Of a stretch of DNA of 64,000 nucleotides, positions 25,699 through 37,584 are shown in pieces. A program made the position numbers and the translations under genes. The stretch is from Heterodontus francisci. Its lineage: Eukaryota. The stretch spans positions 22,679,327 through 22,743,326 of the forward strand of contig NC_090394.1 in the NCBI RefSeq assembly GCF_036365525.1. The letters run 5' to 3'. A model generated the notes under the pieces. It was not told where the DNA came from. It saw only the letters and a list, made by a program, of their open reading frames with translations, and did no database searches. Every line of letters begins with the position of its first letter. Position 1 is the stretch's first letter.

Positions 25699-28656
25699 TA
25701 GACTGGGTGAACCTAATTAGCATGAATGCTGTGGAGAACAAATTGTTTGGAATGTATACGAGATGTTTGTCTAGAACAGTATGTTGAGGAATCGATTAGA
25801 GAACGGGCTGTGTTAGATCGAGTCTTGTGCAATGAGAAAAGGCTAATTAATTTTGTTGTAAAAACCCCTAGGGAAGCATAATGTGATAGAAATTTGTATT
25901 GTTTAAAAGTGATGGAATTCGATCTGAAACGAGGGTCTTAAATGTAAACAAAGGAAACTCTGTGGTAGACTAGGAAACTACATTTAAAAGCTATGACAGA
26001 CAGGCAATCTAAAGAATTAATACATGGTTTGTAACAGATTTGCATTCCTTTTGAGGCACAAAACCTAGCAGGAAAGGTGATCCAACCATGGCTAACGAGA
26101 AATTAAAGATTGTATTAGATCAAAGGAAGAGGCTTATAAAGTTGCCAAAAAAGTAAGCCTGAGGATTGGGAGCTTTTAGAATTCAACAAAGGAGGACCAA
26201 GAATCTGATAGAGAAAATAGAATATGAAAGTAAACTAGCAAGAAACATAAAAACAGACTGTAAAAGCTTCTGTAGGTATGTTAAAGTGAAAGATTAGCAA
26301 AGCCAAATGCGGGCCCATTACAGGTGCAGACAGGAGAACTTTATAATGGGGAATAAGGAAAAGGCAGGGAGACTAAATAAATACTTTGTGTCTGTCTTCA
26401 TGAAGGAAGATACAGAACTTCCAGGAATAATAGAGAACTGAGGGACTAACGAATGAGGAACTGAAAGAAAATAGTATTAGTTTGAAGAAAAAGTGTAGGT
26501 CAGATGGTTTCACAGGTCGGCGCAACATCGAGGGCCGAAGGGCATGTACTGCGCTGTAAAAAAAAAAAGTACTGGAGAAGTTAATGGGACCTAAAGTTGA
26601 TAAATCCCCTGGACCTGATATACATCCCAGAATGTTGAAAGAGGTAACTGTAGCGATAGTGAATGTGTTTGTGGTTATCTTCCAAAATTCTATAGTTTCT
26701 GGAACAGTCCTTGCAGATTGGAAGGGTGCAAACATATACCCACTATTTAAGAAAGGAGGGAGAGAGAAAATAGGGAACTACAGACCTGTTAGCCTGACAT
26801 CAGTAGTAGGGAAAATGCTAGAATTTATTATAAAGGATGTGATGAAAATAATGTTAGGATTGGGCAGAGTCAACATGGATTTATGAAAGGGAAATCATGT
26901 TTGACAAACCTGTTAGTTTTTTTTGAGGATTTAATTAGCAGAATAGATCAGGGAAACCCAGTGAATGTGGTGCATTTGGATTTTCAGAAATCTTTTGATA
27001 AGGTCCCACACAGAAGGTTAGTAAACAAAATTAAGGCACATGGGATTGGGGGTAATATACTGGCATGGATTGAGAATTGGTTAACGGACAGAAAACAGAG
27101 TACGAATAAACGGGTTATTCTCAGGTTGGCAGGCTGTGACTCGTGGGGTACCACGAGGTTCAGTGCTTGGGGCCCCAGCTATTCACAATCTATATCAATG
27201 ATTTGGATGTGAGGACCAAATGTAATATTTCCAAGTTTGCTGATGAGAAAAGGTGGGTGGGAATGAGAGTTGTGAGGAGGATGCAAGGAGACTTCAAGGG
27301 GATTTAGACAGGCTACGTGAGTGGGCAAGAACATGGCAGATGGAATATAATGTGGAAAAGTGTGAAGTTATCCACTTTGGTGGGAAAACAGAAATGCAGA
27401 ATATTTCTTAAATGGTGAGATATTGGGAAGTGTTGATGTCCAAAGGGACCTGGGTGTCTTTGTTCATAAGTCACTGCAAGTTAACATGCAGGTGCAGCAA
27501 GCAATTAGGAAGGCAAATGGTATGTTGGCCTTTATTGCAAGAGGATTTGAGTAGCGGAGTAGAGATGTCTTGCTGCGATAGTCTTGGTGAGACTGCAGTT
27601 GGAGTATTGTGTACAATTTTGGCCTCCTTGCCCAAGGAAGGATATATTTGCCATAGAGGGGGTGCAACAAAGGTTCACCAGACTGATTCCTGGGATGGTG
27701 GAATCGTCCTATGTGGAGTGATTGAGGAGACTGGGCCTGTATTCTCTAGAGTTTAGAAGAATGAGAGATGATCTCATTGAAGCATACAAAATTCTTCCAG
27801 GTCACGACAGGGTTGATACAGGAAGGATGTTTTCCTTGGCTTGGGGGTGGGGTCTAGAACCAGAGGACACCGTCTCTGAATAAGAGGTAGGCTATTTAGG
27901 ACTGAGATGAGGGATTCCATCACACAGAGGGTGGTGAATCTTTGAGCCTCCACAGCCCTCTGGGGCTGAAAATTCCAATCATTGAGTATATTCAAGATGG
28001 AGAGTGATAGATTCCTAGATATTAATGATATCAAGGGACATGGGTTAGTGTTGGAAAATGGCATTGAGGTAGATCAGCCATCATGGAGTTGAATGGTGGA
28101 GCAGGCTCAAGGGGCCAAATTGCCTACTCCTGCTCCTATTTCCTCTGTTCCTAACCTCAGGCTAGTGAGCTCCAGCTCACAGTGGAAAAACCCTTAATCT
28201 GGGAAAGACTCGACCTGATGACTAGCCTATGAAGTTTTACAAGGCTCTAAAACATGGAGCTTTCTTCTCTCTACTATTTGTGGGAGTTGGTCTTCTGTAC
28301 ATCTTCAATTCCGTTTATACATTTAAAAAGACAAGGATTCGACTCGATGCTGATCAAATTACACACCCAAGATAAAGGTATTGGGAAAGAAAACCATTGA
28401 ATTGTAATATATATGATGGGATCTCCATTTGGTGTTATTGGAGGTGGACGGTTGGAAGAAGCAAATTCCCTGCTGCTTTCCATATTTGTGAGATTGTAAT
28501 TTTTCCGCTTTTCCCCCTCTCCTATTTAAGTATGACTTATACAATACATCTTTCCTCTGTTCAATATATTCTGTTGCTTCCTTTACTCCCTTTTTCAAAC
28601 TGCAGGTTGGAACGGAATCTAAAACACAACTTTCCATTTGTGTATTTCTGAATTAG

Positions 28657-28802
28657 GATTCTGGATACGATATTGAGCTGTTTGAAAATGCCCTCGACCC
28701 TGAATTCATCTGTACCATCTGCCACGGTGTGCTCAAAGATCCTGTGGAACTCGGCTGCCAGCATGTCTACTGCAACAGCTGCATAGCGAAGTGGCTTACA
28801 AA
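28657..28802 (+). CDS. RNF151: RNF151-like E3 ligase, RING exon (N-terminal half of C3HC4)
   Basis: ttag|DSGYDIELFENALDPEFICTICHGVLKDPVELGCQHVYCNSCIAKWLT|gtaaag, 146 nt; resembles RNF151 GYDLNLF..FVCSVCHGVLKRP; syntenic. Confidence 0.88.
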
Positions 28803-29130
28803 GTAAAGACTACTGGCTAATAACTTCATAAATACGTGCATAGTTTCTGATCTATTTAAAGAGTGCATACTTGTAAACTTTGAGAAATACAAAATCTGGA
28901 GACTTCTGTATGAAATTCTGTATTTGAAATTCTAGTTTAAAAGTGGGGATCTGTGTTGATCTTCAGTTGAAAATCTTGAAATGATGCTTTCGCTAAAGGT
29001 TTTTGTTAATGCATTTTGATCTATCTTGTATCTATATTAATTTTTAAATTGAAGTATGTGGGAAGATTTGCAGGATATGCTTAAATCCTATGTAGGTTAA
29101 CATTGTGTACTCAAAGTAGCCTCTGGATGC

Positions 29131-30007
29131 TGTCATGCAGGTCCCCACCTGCCAAGAATGAGGCATATTAATTTTGTCATATGAACATTGATTTTAAGCT
29201 GTTGCTGGGAAGAAAAGGCCTGTTACAAGGGCTGCCAGATACTTAGCTGAAAAACATTTGCATACTGACAGACAGTTCTTGTGGAGACAAAGGGCCATTC
29301 CCTGACGCATTTAACTCACAATGGATTTTGAGCACCAGACATTGAAGGTGTAAGGAAGAGTATTCCAGAGACTGCTAAAGTGATATAATCCACATAAACC
29401 AGCTGGTCATGTGACTAACTGGTTGGTCCAGGGTTTTTTGAACTAGCCACAGAGTTTTTTAATTCAGAATGACTGTTTGCTCCTGGAGTGAAAAGACCTC
29501 TGCTGTCTGCTCCCATCTCTTTCTCACAAGCCTCTGGACCCACTGAGGACACATGAACTTCGAGAGAAAAGTCTCCGACATCGATCAAGGTTTAAGAAGA
29601 ATACTGGGCCCCAACGAAAAGCAAGACCTACCTACAATCAAGGACTTTACAGTGATCTTGAACAGTAACCAAAACCACCTTCAGATATTGCCTCAAGCTT
29701 TTCCACTTTATTTTTTCTCTTTTCTGTCTCTATCATCATGTGTGCAACGCGCTGGCATGGGTGTGTCCCGTTTCTGTAGGCATTAACCTAATTAGAGTTT
29801 AAGTTTAATAAATTTCAACCTTTTTTTCTTTAAACCTAAGAAAACCTGTCTGGCTAGTTTCTTTGCCTTATAATTGGAAGTTAGTGAACAAGGATTCATT
29901 AAGGGGGGAGCTAAAAAAAAAAAAATGGTATGTTTAAAATTTAAACCCTGTTACAGTAAGATCAGGTGAAGGCTGAGAGGGAACCCCTTTCTCACCTGAT
30001 CGTAACA
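29131..30007 (+). mobile_element. Solo LTR (family A)
   Basis: TGTCATG...CGTAACA termini, 4-bp TSD ATGC/ATAC, TATA-like sequence ~29383, AATAAA at 29807. Confidence 0.85.
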
Positions 30008-30673
30008 ATACCCAGAAGTGTCTAGCATGTTACTTGCTGTTAGCTGGCTAGCAGTCAAATAACAGACTGTGTATGGGGGTTTTTTTGGGGGTTGGGGAGG
30101 AGTGGTATTTTTCTATGTAACATTCTCCTTCTCCCCTTTCTTGCCCGTCTCCTTTTTTATTTAAAAAAAAAAAACTGTTCAGAATAAAATAAGCCTAAAA
30201 TGTTACATTTTAGGGATTAATCAAAGTAAGAGAATTCAACTGTGGAACATTTATGCCCATGGCAAATCAATATCCATCAACTCCCGCATGGTGCCATTCT
30301 CTCTACTTTGCATAACATTGTGTTGTAATCCACTAAGAAGAATACCAGTATATACAAACTGTTCTTGTAGCTTCTTTAAAAATTGAAAATTCTGTGTTCA
30401 AAAAACAGGTTTTAGATTGTTCAATTCAGGAGAGAGAAACATTTCACCATGTCTAGTTTCCAAAAGTTGAAGAACAGTCTTCTAACTTAGAGTGCTGTCC
30501 ACTCACCAACATTTTACAGTAAGTGCACATTAGTTAGGAAATTGGGTCTTTTCCAGTAGATGCACATCCTTTCTTGAGCCTTTTTTTGAATTACAGGGAT
30601 TTACTTTACTAAATGCCATTAAGTGGTTTTAGTTGTATCTCCGTACGTAAAATTCCATAACACCTTCCCCTCC

Positions 30674-31006
30674 CAGTGGCGCAGTGGTAAGTGGCGCAGT
30701 GGTAAGCACCGCAGCCTCACAGCTCCAGCGACCCGGGTTCAGTTCTGGGTACTGCCTGTGCGGAGTTTGCAAGTTCTCCCTGTGACTGCGTGGGCTTCTG
30801 CCGGGTGCTCCGGTTTCCTCCCACAGCCAAAGACTTGTAGGTTGATAGGCAAATTGGCCATTGTAAATTTCCCCCAGTGTAGGTAGGTAGGTGGTAGGAG
30901 AATGGTGGGGATGTGGTAGGGAACATGGGATTAATGTATGATTAGTATCGATGGGTGGTTGTTGGTCGGCACAGACTCGGTGGGCCGAAGGGCCTGTTTC
31001 AGTGCC
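30674..31006 (+). mobile_element. HE1/V-SINE-like SINE with a duplicated A-box
   Basis: AGTGGCGCAGTGGTA occurs twice, followed by the family body. Confidence 0.85.
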
Positions 31007-31760
31007 CACTCCCCCTCCCTATGACTCTTTCTCTCCCCCCCCCCCCCCCCCCACCCCTACCCCTCCCCCTCCCTATGACTCCCTGGATCCATTGGATATA
31101 TGTGATGTAGACCATAAGCTCCTGTTTAGCCATGTTCTGTACTAAGTTTGTTGATTTCACCTGGGATGGCAATAGGCATACTAGTTAGCCTTAATGTTCC
31201 TAGGATTGGGGGAAAGGAGAGAAAAAAGTTGTCTGTCTTATTGCTGTCCAGCAACTTTGCTGTAAAATGCAGTGATAAAGACACAGCCAAGTACAGCTTG
31301 TTTATCTTTACAGTCAAGTAGCGTACTAATGCTCGCTTGAGAACAACGTCTGGCTGAGGTAGTTGAGGACTGCTTCTTCCATGTCCTAAATGTAATATCT
31401 CTAAGAAGAGAAGGGGAAAGATGAGAAAGTTGGGAGGAGGGGGCAGGATTTTATTTTGGCCCTATAAAATAACTGAAGACTGGATGAAGTATGTCTTGAA
31501 ATGTTACAAGGATGTATTGGAGCATATTTTAGGAAACTGTGTTAAGTGATCTAAATCTTTACTTGTGGCTATACATGTAAAGCTATAATACTTGGAAAAT
31601 AAAAATTTGTTTCACAATATATAAATGATTCTAGGTGTTCTGTGGAATAATGAGCTATCAAGTGGGTAAATTGGTGAAAATATTTTCCAGATTGTGATTA
31701 CAATATATTCAGGAATAAAGCTAGGTTTGCTTATGTTTAACGGAATATAATTTTCTTTAG

Positions 31761-31857
31761 GAAGCAGGAATGTCCTTATTGTAGGAAGAAGGTGAAAAGT
31801 GTGGCTCGATCTGTGATACCTATGATCCACAACATGATTGGTCGATTGATCATGAAG
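31761..31857 (+). CDS. RNF151: RNF151-like exon (RING C-terminal CPYC)
   Basis: tttag|(K)KQECPYCRKKVKSVARSVIPMIHNMIGRLIMK|gtaaat, 97 nt; phase matches the previous exon. Confidence 0.88.
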
Positions 31858-33139
31858 GTAAATTGTAGGCATTGAAGTTATGTATGCACAACTGGAGGGT
31901 TAGCAGTTAAATTCTGACCTGACTTAAGGATGCTATTGTACAGCACTGAAGTAGTAAGGTGTAGGTTTCTGTCCTAAGATTCCTCATGCACTGTGGTTCA
32001 GCCCTCCGAGTAGAGATGGAAAAATGCTGAGGAAATTTGGGGTTGGGGGTACAATTTGGAAAACTAGCAGATAACTAGCTTTCCTGCCTCAAAATTTGGT
32101 TTGTACTGTAAGGGCTTAGAACAGTCTTCAACCTGCCTTTTTATTTGGAAAGAGAATAAATAAATAAATAAATAACTCTTTCAGACTGCAAATCAGTGCA
32201 TCTTTGAATGCATGACAGAAGTTTGCACCACAGAAGGAGGCCATTTGGCCATCGTACCTGTGCCAGCTCTTTGAAAGTACTATCCAATTAGTCCCACTCT
32301 CCGCTCTTTCCCTCGCAGCCCTACAACTTTTTCCTTGTTAAGTGTATATATCCAATTCCCCTTTTTAAAAATTGTGTTTCCACCACCCTTTCAGGCAGTA
32401 CATTCCAGATCATCATCGCTTGTTGTGTTTATAAAAAAAAAAGTTCATCACCCCACTTGCTTTTGGTGCCTCTCTCCTATTACTTGAGCACATAATCTAG
32501 GCTGACACTTCAGTGTAGTACAGAGGAAGTGCTGTGCTGTAGTAGGTTCCATTCTCTCTGATGAGAAGCTAACCTGAGGCCGCATCTGCTCTCTGCCCTC
32601 CCAAGTGTACGTAAATTATGTGAATGCGCTATTCAAAGTAAAGCAGGAAAGCTCTCCCGGCATTATCCTTTAAAATGAGCAAATTGGCTGCTGTGTTGCT
32701 TGCGTTCCAACAGTGACTACACTTCAACTGTACTTCATTGGCTGTAAAGCACTTTGGGACATCTCCTGGGGTGTAAAAGGTGCTATACAAATGCAAGTTC
32801 TCGGAAGCTAGGGTTCTTCATTAGCAAAATTCCAGTTAAACCCTTTTGTTATATCATATCTATCTTAACGTTAAAACAATTTAAATTCTACAAGGTCTTT
32901 GTCCTCCAAGTTAGCTGTCAGGTTGTTCCTGGTTATTCAGCCTTCCCTGGGAGAACAAATGACACTGTTTCAAAGCAAACAATCTGCATCTAAATCATAT
33001 TCCAAAAATGTACATTGAAGTAATGAACATTGGAAGTGTACAGGATTCTGATGTTTAGCTGTTCTCCGAATCTGAACATTCTCTGCAGTACAAAAAATCA
33101 TCCAAACTTGAGCAAGTCCAAGCAGGTGTTTTCAAGGTG

Positions 33140-34385
33140 GTGTTGACTCCACTATATTTCACTATAAACCCACTGACTTCCACAGCTACCTTGACTGCAC
33201 TTCCTCACACCCTCCTTCCTATAAGGATCCCATTCCATTCTCCAGTTTCTCTGTTCCCATTGCATCTGTTCTGGTGATGCAACCTTCCATGCTAGCGCTT
33301 CTGATGAGTAGTATTCCCAAACCGGGGTGGTTTGAAAAGGCCTTTGACCATGTCCATCCCATTTCTCACACTTCTTCCATCCCTCCTAGAACCATGATAG
33401 GGTTCCTCTAGTCCTCGCCTTCCATTCCAGCAGCCTCCATATTCAACGGATCATTGTCAGCCATTTCTGCAACTCCAGTTTGATGCAGCAACCAAACACA
33501 CCTTCCCCTCCCTTTTCAGAATTCCAAAGGGACTGTTCCCTCCACAACGCCCTAGTTCACTCCTTTGATCACCCCCTCCATTTCCCATGGCACCTTTCCA
33601 TGCAAGCACAGCAGATGCAACTCCTACCCTTTTACCTCCTCTCTCCTCAGTGTCCAAGGCCCCAAACACTCCCTCCAGGTGAAACAGCAATTTACGTGAA
33701 CTTTCAATTTAGTATACTGTATTCACTGCTCAAGATGCAGTCTGCTCTATACTGGGGAGACCAAACACTGATTCAATAGCCGCTTTGTGGAACACCTCTG
33801 TTTACTCCAAGTGTGGCCCCAAGCTTCTGATTGCCTGTCATTTTAATTCTCCACCTTGTACTTGTGCTGACCTCTCTGTCCTTGGCCTCCAGCAATGTTC
33901 TAGTGAAGTTCAACTTAAGCTCAAGGAACAACACCTCCTCTTTCGACTGGGCACTTTACAGCCTTCCAGACTCGACATTGAGTTCAACAATTTCAGACCA
34001 TAATCTGTGCCTCCGTTTTTGTTTCCTTTTTTTCTTTGCAGGTTTTGGTTTTACTTTTGTTTTTCACTTTTGGACAGCAGCTGTTCATCGTTCTGCCATT
34101 CACACCCCCTGTAGAGACACCTTTTTTGTTTTTTACTCATCCCATTACCACTCCCTTTGGCCCTGCACCACTGACTCTTGTCATGTCACCTCCCCTGCCT
34201 TCCACTGTCGCAGACCTTCCCTTTTTGTTCTTCGCTTCTCCCTTTCACTTGTTTAAAACCTATTGTATTTCTAACTTTTCATGGTTCTGATGAAAGGTCA
34301 TTGACCTGAAACATTAACTCGGTTTCTCTCTCCACAGACGCTGCCTGACCTGAGTATTTCCAGCATTTTCTGTTTTCATTTTTGA
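33140..34385 (+). mobile_element. Older decayed Penelope-like element with a canonical hammerhead core
   Basis: Homologous to 6700-8075 (YKPTD, GIY-YIG remnant, LGTLQPSRLDIEFNNF); GGTT-CTGATGA-A-AGGTCA.T.TGACCT-GAAA-CATT-AACT at 34283-34319. Confidence 0.85.
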
Positions 34386-34577
34386 TTCCAATCGTTATGC
34401 TCTTATAATTGTTCTAGACTTTATTTAGCTCTATAGTGATCTTTTGGATTTAGTTCTTCTATATTAGAACCCTGAAGATCCAGTTCTATGTTCTGTGTTT
34501 TCTCTTGTATAGGGTTTCTTAAAGAAACAGCCATCCTGTTCTTTAAATGATAACAGCTCTTTGTTTCTATTATGCAG

Positions 34578-34968
34578 TGTGAAAACAGAGTCTATGGTTG
34601 CCAAGAAACATTTCCACTTGAACAGTGCACAAACCATAAAACTGCTTGTGAATTTAGAATAGTGAGATGCAGGTATGAAGCCTGTACCACTGAAGTGTTT
34701 CAAAAGAACCTCGCTGCTCATGAACAAGTTTGTGAGCACTGGAGCCAGCCGTGCAGAATGGGATGTGGAGTCCAGCTTACCCAGAAACAGCTGGAGGAGC
34801 ACAACTGTTACAGGGACGTCAAGAGAAAATACAAGGAAAAGATAACCATTCTTAAAAGCCGTCTGTGTAGGATGCACCGCCGCCTAAAGCTAGTCGAAGG
34901 AATTGTTCAGAATTTGGCTGCTGAGGATCACTTCCAGTTTCCAGACGCTAATGTCTATGAAGATGATG
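34578..34968 (+). CDS. RNF151: RNF151-like exon (TRAF-type zinc fingers and coiled coil)
   Basis: tgcag|CENRVYGCQETFPLEQCTNHKTACEF..CRYEAC..HEQVC..CRMGCG..HNCYRD..YEDD(G)|gtgagt, 391 nt. Confidence 0.9.
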
Positions 34969-35888
34969 GTGAGTAATCATGGATCCATGTGCAATTGTTT
35001 GGTCTCTTGGGGGTAAAGTTGCAGAATAGCAGTGACACCCATGTTGCACATGAAATTGAGATTTCCATCAGCTGTCGTGTCATCTTTGTCATAACATCTT
35101 GCAGTAAGAGGTGAAGTGCCAGCATTGCTGTCAAAGTTTTTAACTCTCTAAAGGGCACACTTGATCCAGTGGTAACATACTTGCATAGATTCAGATGCCA
35201 AAGATGGAAAATCTAGTATTTAACAAAAGGAACAATGATGGCGTGAAAATTTTCTCCCACATTCTGACCTAAAATCCCAAAGACTGACTAGCTCAACCTC
35301 TAACAGCTACAGTGTTACTAAGTTAGAATGGCCTTCCCAAGCATAAAGGCACAAAAGGATTGAATGGTCTGAGTCTGTATAAAACTGGGCTTTGTAAATT
35401 AATGAGAAGCCAGCAGCCTGAAATTGCAGAAACTCCTCTTTCCTTAAACTGCAGTAGGGTACCTTTTTAAATGTTGTGGTTATGGTGCTGACTAGTTGTG
35501 AACTTGAATTCAATAAGCCTGGTAAACTGTGGGCTGAGAGCAGGAGAAATCAACATGAGCTCTGCTGCCTTTTCATAAAAGCCCAACTAATATCCTTCAG
35601 GGAAGGGAACCTGCCACTCCTACCCAGTCTGACCTACATGTGACCATACTGCACGGTTCACTCTTAATGCCTCTGAAATGGCCTCGCAAGCCACTTGGCT
35701 GTACAACAATCACTTGGAAAAGTTGTGGGCCAATAAATGAGTTTTGTTAATGTCTCTCACTACTTAAACAAAGTTTTATTTTTTTATTTTTAAGAAACAA
35801 CTTTGGACGGTAAGTAGATAGCGATCTGAGAGTCCCTGTCCCCTCAAATACACTGAACCAGAAGCTCGGGTCGCAGCCTTGAGATAAA

Positions 35889-36020
35889 TAAAAGCAAAAT
35901 ACTGCGGATGCTGGAAATCTGAAATAAAAACAAGAAATGCTGGAACCACTCAGCAGGTCTGGCAGCATCTGTGGAAAGAGAAGCGGAGTTAACGTTTCGG
36001 GTCAGTGACACTTCTTCGGA
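35889..36020 (-). mobile_element. 132-bp PLE 3'-terminal insertion retaining the hammerhead motif
   Basis: Near-identical to the reverse complement of 7975-8107; TSD GCCTTGAGATAAA at 35876-35888 and 36021-36033. Confidence 0.9.
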
Positions 36021-36291
36021 GCCTTGAGATAAAAATTGGCATCTCTGATTGAAGTGTATGTTGTGATTTTAACCAAGTCAGAACTGTTTGAACTTGTTTG
36101 AGGGTAGCAAGTTTCTTCAGGCCACTGTTAACTTCTGGTGACCCAAATCATGTGTGAGCGTGCTCTTTTGTTCTGAACCACGACAGAACTTTTTTATAGT
36201 CCTATTGGATGCTGTCATCAGCCAGTACAGGCTGCTATTTTTGGAGATGCTAGTAGAGTAGAAAAGCACAACTGATGGTTTTGTCTTTTAG

Positions 36292-36432
36292 AAAATGAAG
36301 ACTTGGCTGCTGAAGGCCAGGAAGAAGACAACAGCAACATTTTTGATACATCAGAATACAGTGAAAATGAAAGCCAGTACTTCTGGAACTCAAGTGGCTT
36401 AGAAAATGGAGATGGACCACCAGCATATGAAG
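36292..36432 (+). CDS. RNF151: Putative acidic exon of the RNF151-like gene (GC donor)
   Basis: ttttag|(E)NEDLAAEGQEEDNSNIFDTSEYSENESQYFWNSSGLENGDGPPAYE(G)|gcatgt; phase 1 in and phase 1 out. Confidence 0.6.
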
Positions 36433-37584
36433 GCATGTTGGGGAGGGGGCAAGTGGATAAAATTTTATTTTTATTGAATTCATAGATCATTTGGTTGTCG
36501 TGTAATAAATTTGTCAATGGCATTGTCAGGGTTGGGTTAAGTTAAGCGTTATCATATCTGGAGTATAATATACAAAAATACATTACAAAGAACAGTGAGA
36601 GTTTTTAAGTATATAATTGCTGTTTGTTTTCTTTTCCTTCCTGAATCTCGTGTCCTGCATATGTGGTGGTGGGGTGATGTGTGCGCACAGAAAAAAATTT
36701 TGTTGTGATATCATGAATGATATTTATCACAATCCATTTCGTGCTGCATTGGTTTCGTTACAGTTAACCAATTCAACCACAGCTCAGGTGGCAGAGCAAG
36801 GAAACCTTAGAAAGGAAACTAGATAGGTTCTTGTCAACAAATGTGTTTCAGTGTTATTATAAATGCACCAAAGGCATACTGTGGCTGGGTGGGCTTGATA
36901 GACCAATGTTCTCCTGATTGGATCTGTACTGTTTATGTTAGATGTGACTAAGGCCCACCTCTCTTCAATCTTTCTAATTGTTCCAGTATGTTTCACTGAC
37001 AGCACTGTCGTCCAGTGCAATGGGACATTTGATAGATGCTTTGAAATGGATGGGGTTGTTGTTAAATAAATTTCAGGCTCCATTACAATCCTTTGCTAAA
37101 TCTGAAAAAGCAATTTTATAGTCCAATGCCAATTCGGGTTAGTGACACTTTAAAACAAAATTGTGCTTAAAAGTGCATGATGGCCAAGATTTATTAGTTA
37201 TCTGCTCACTCTTGTCACTGGATTTGTAAAGTTACCCAATTAACAATTCTTCGGTGTCTGCCCCTGAACTGTTCTGATTTCCTAGAGATTTTCTGGTTTC
37301 TATTAAATTCCAATGTGATGTCCAGTTATGGCTGTTCCTTGCCATTGCTCTATCCAGATGCACAAATGAGCCCCTAGTAATTGCCACTGATCCGCTTTTC
37401 CTCTTATTTTTCAAAGAGGAGTGATGGGTTTGTTTGTACAAATACATGGCAGGAGCTGTTCTCTTTAGATGGCCATGTGATTTCTGCTGCATATGTAGCT
37501 GCTAAATAAAGGGATCATGATGCAAGGAAACCAAGTTTGTATAAAGTTTGTAGTCCGAAGGGTAACCTAAGAATATTTAAAAAC

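Larger units (their letters stand above)
23423..28152 (+). mobile_element. Decayed CR1 LINE (ORF1 esterase, EN, RT, tail), interrupted by a MITE
   Basis: VHVGTND and CCLPGA ORF1 motifs; ORFs 26584-27212 with YRPVSLTS, KSCLTNL, LDFQKSFDKVPH. Confidence 0.88.
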
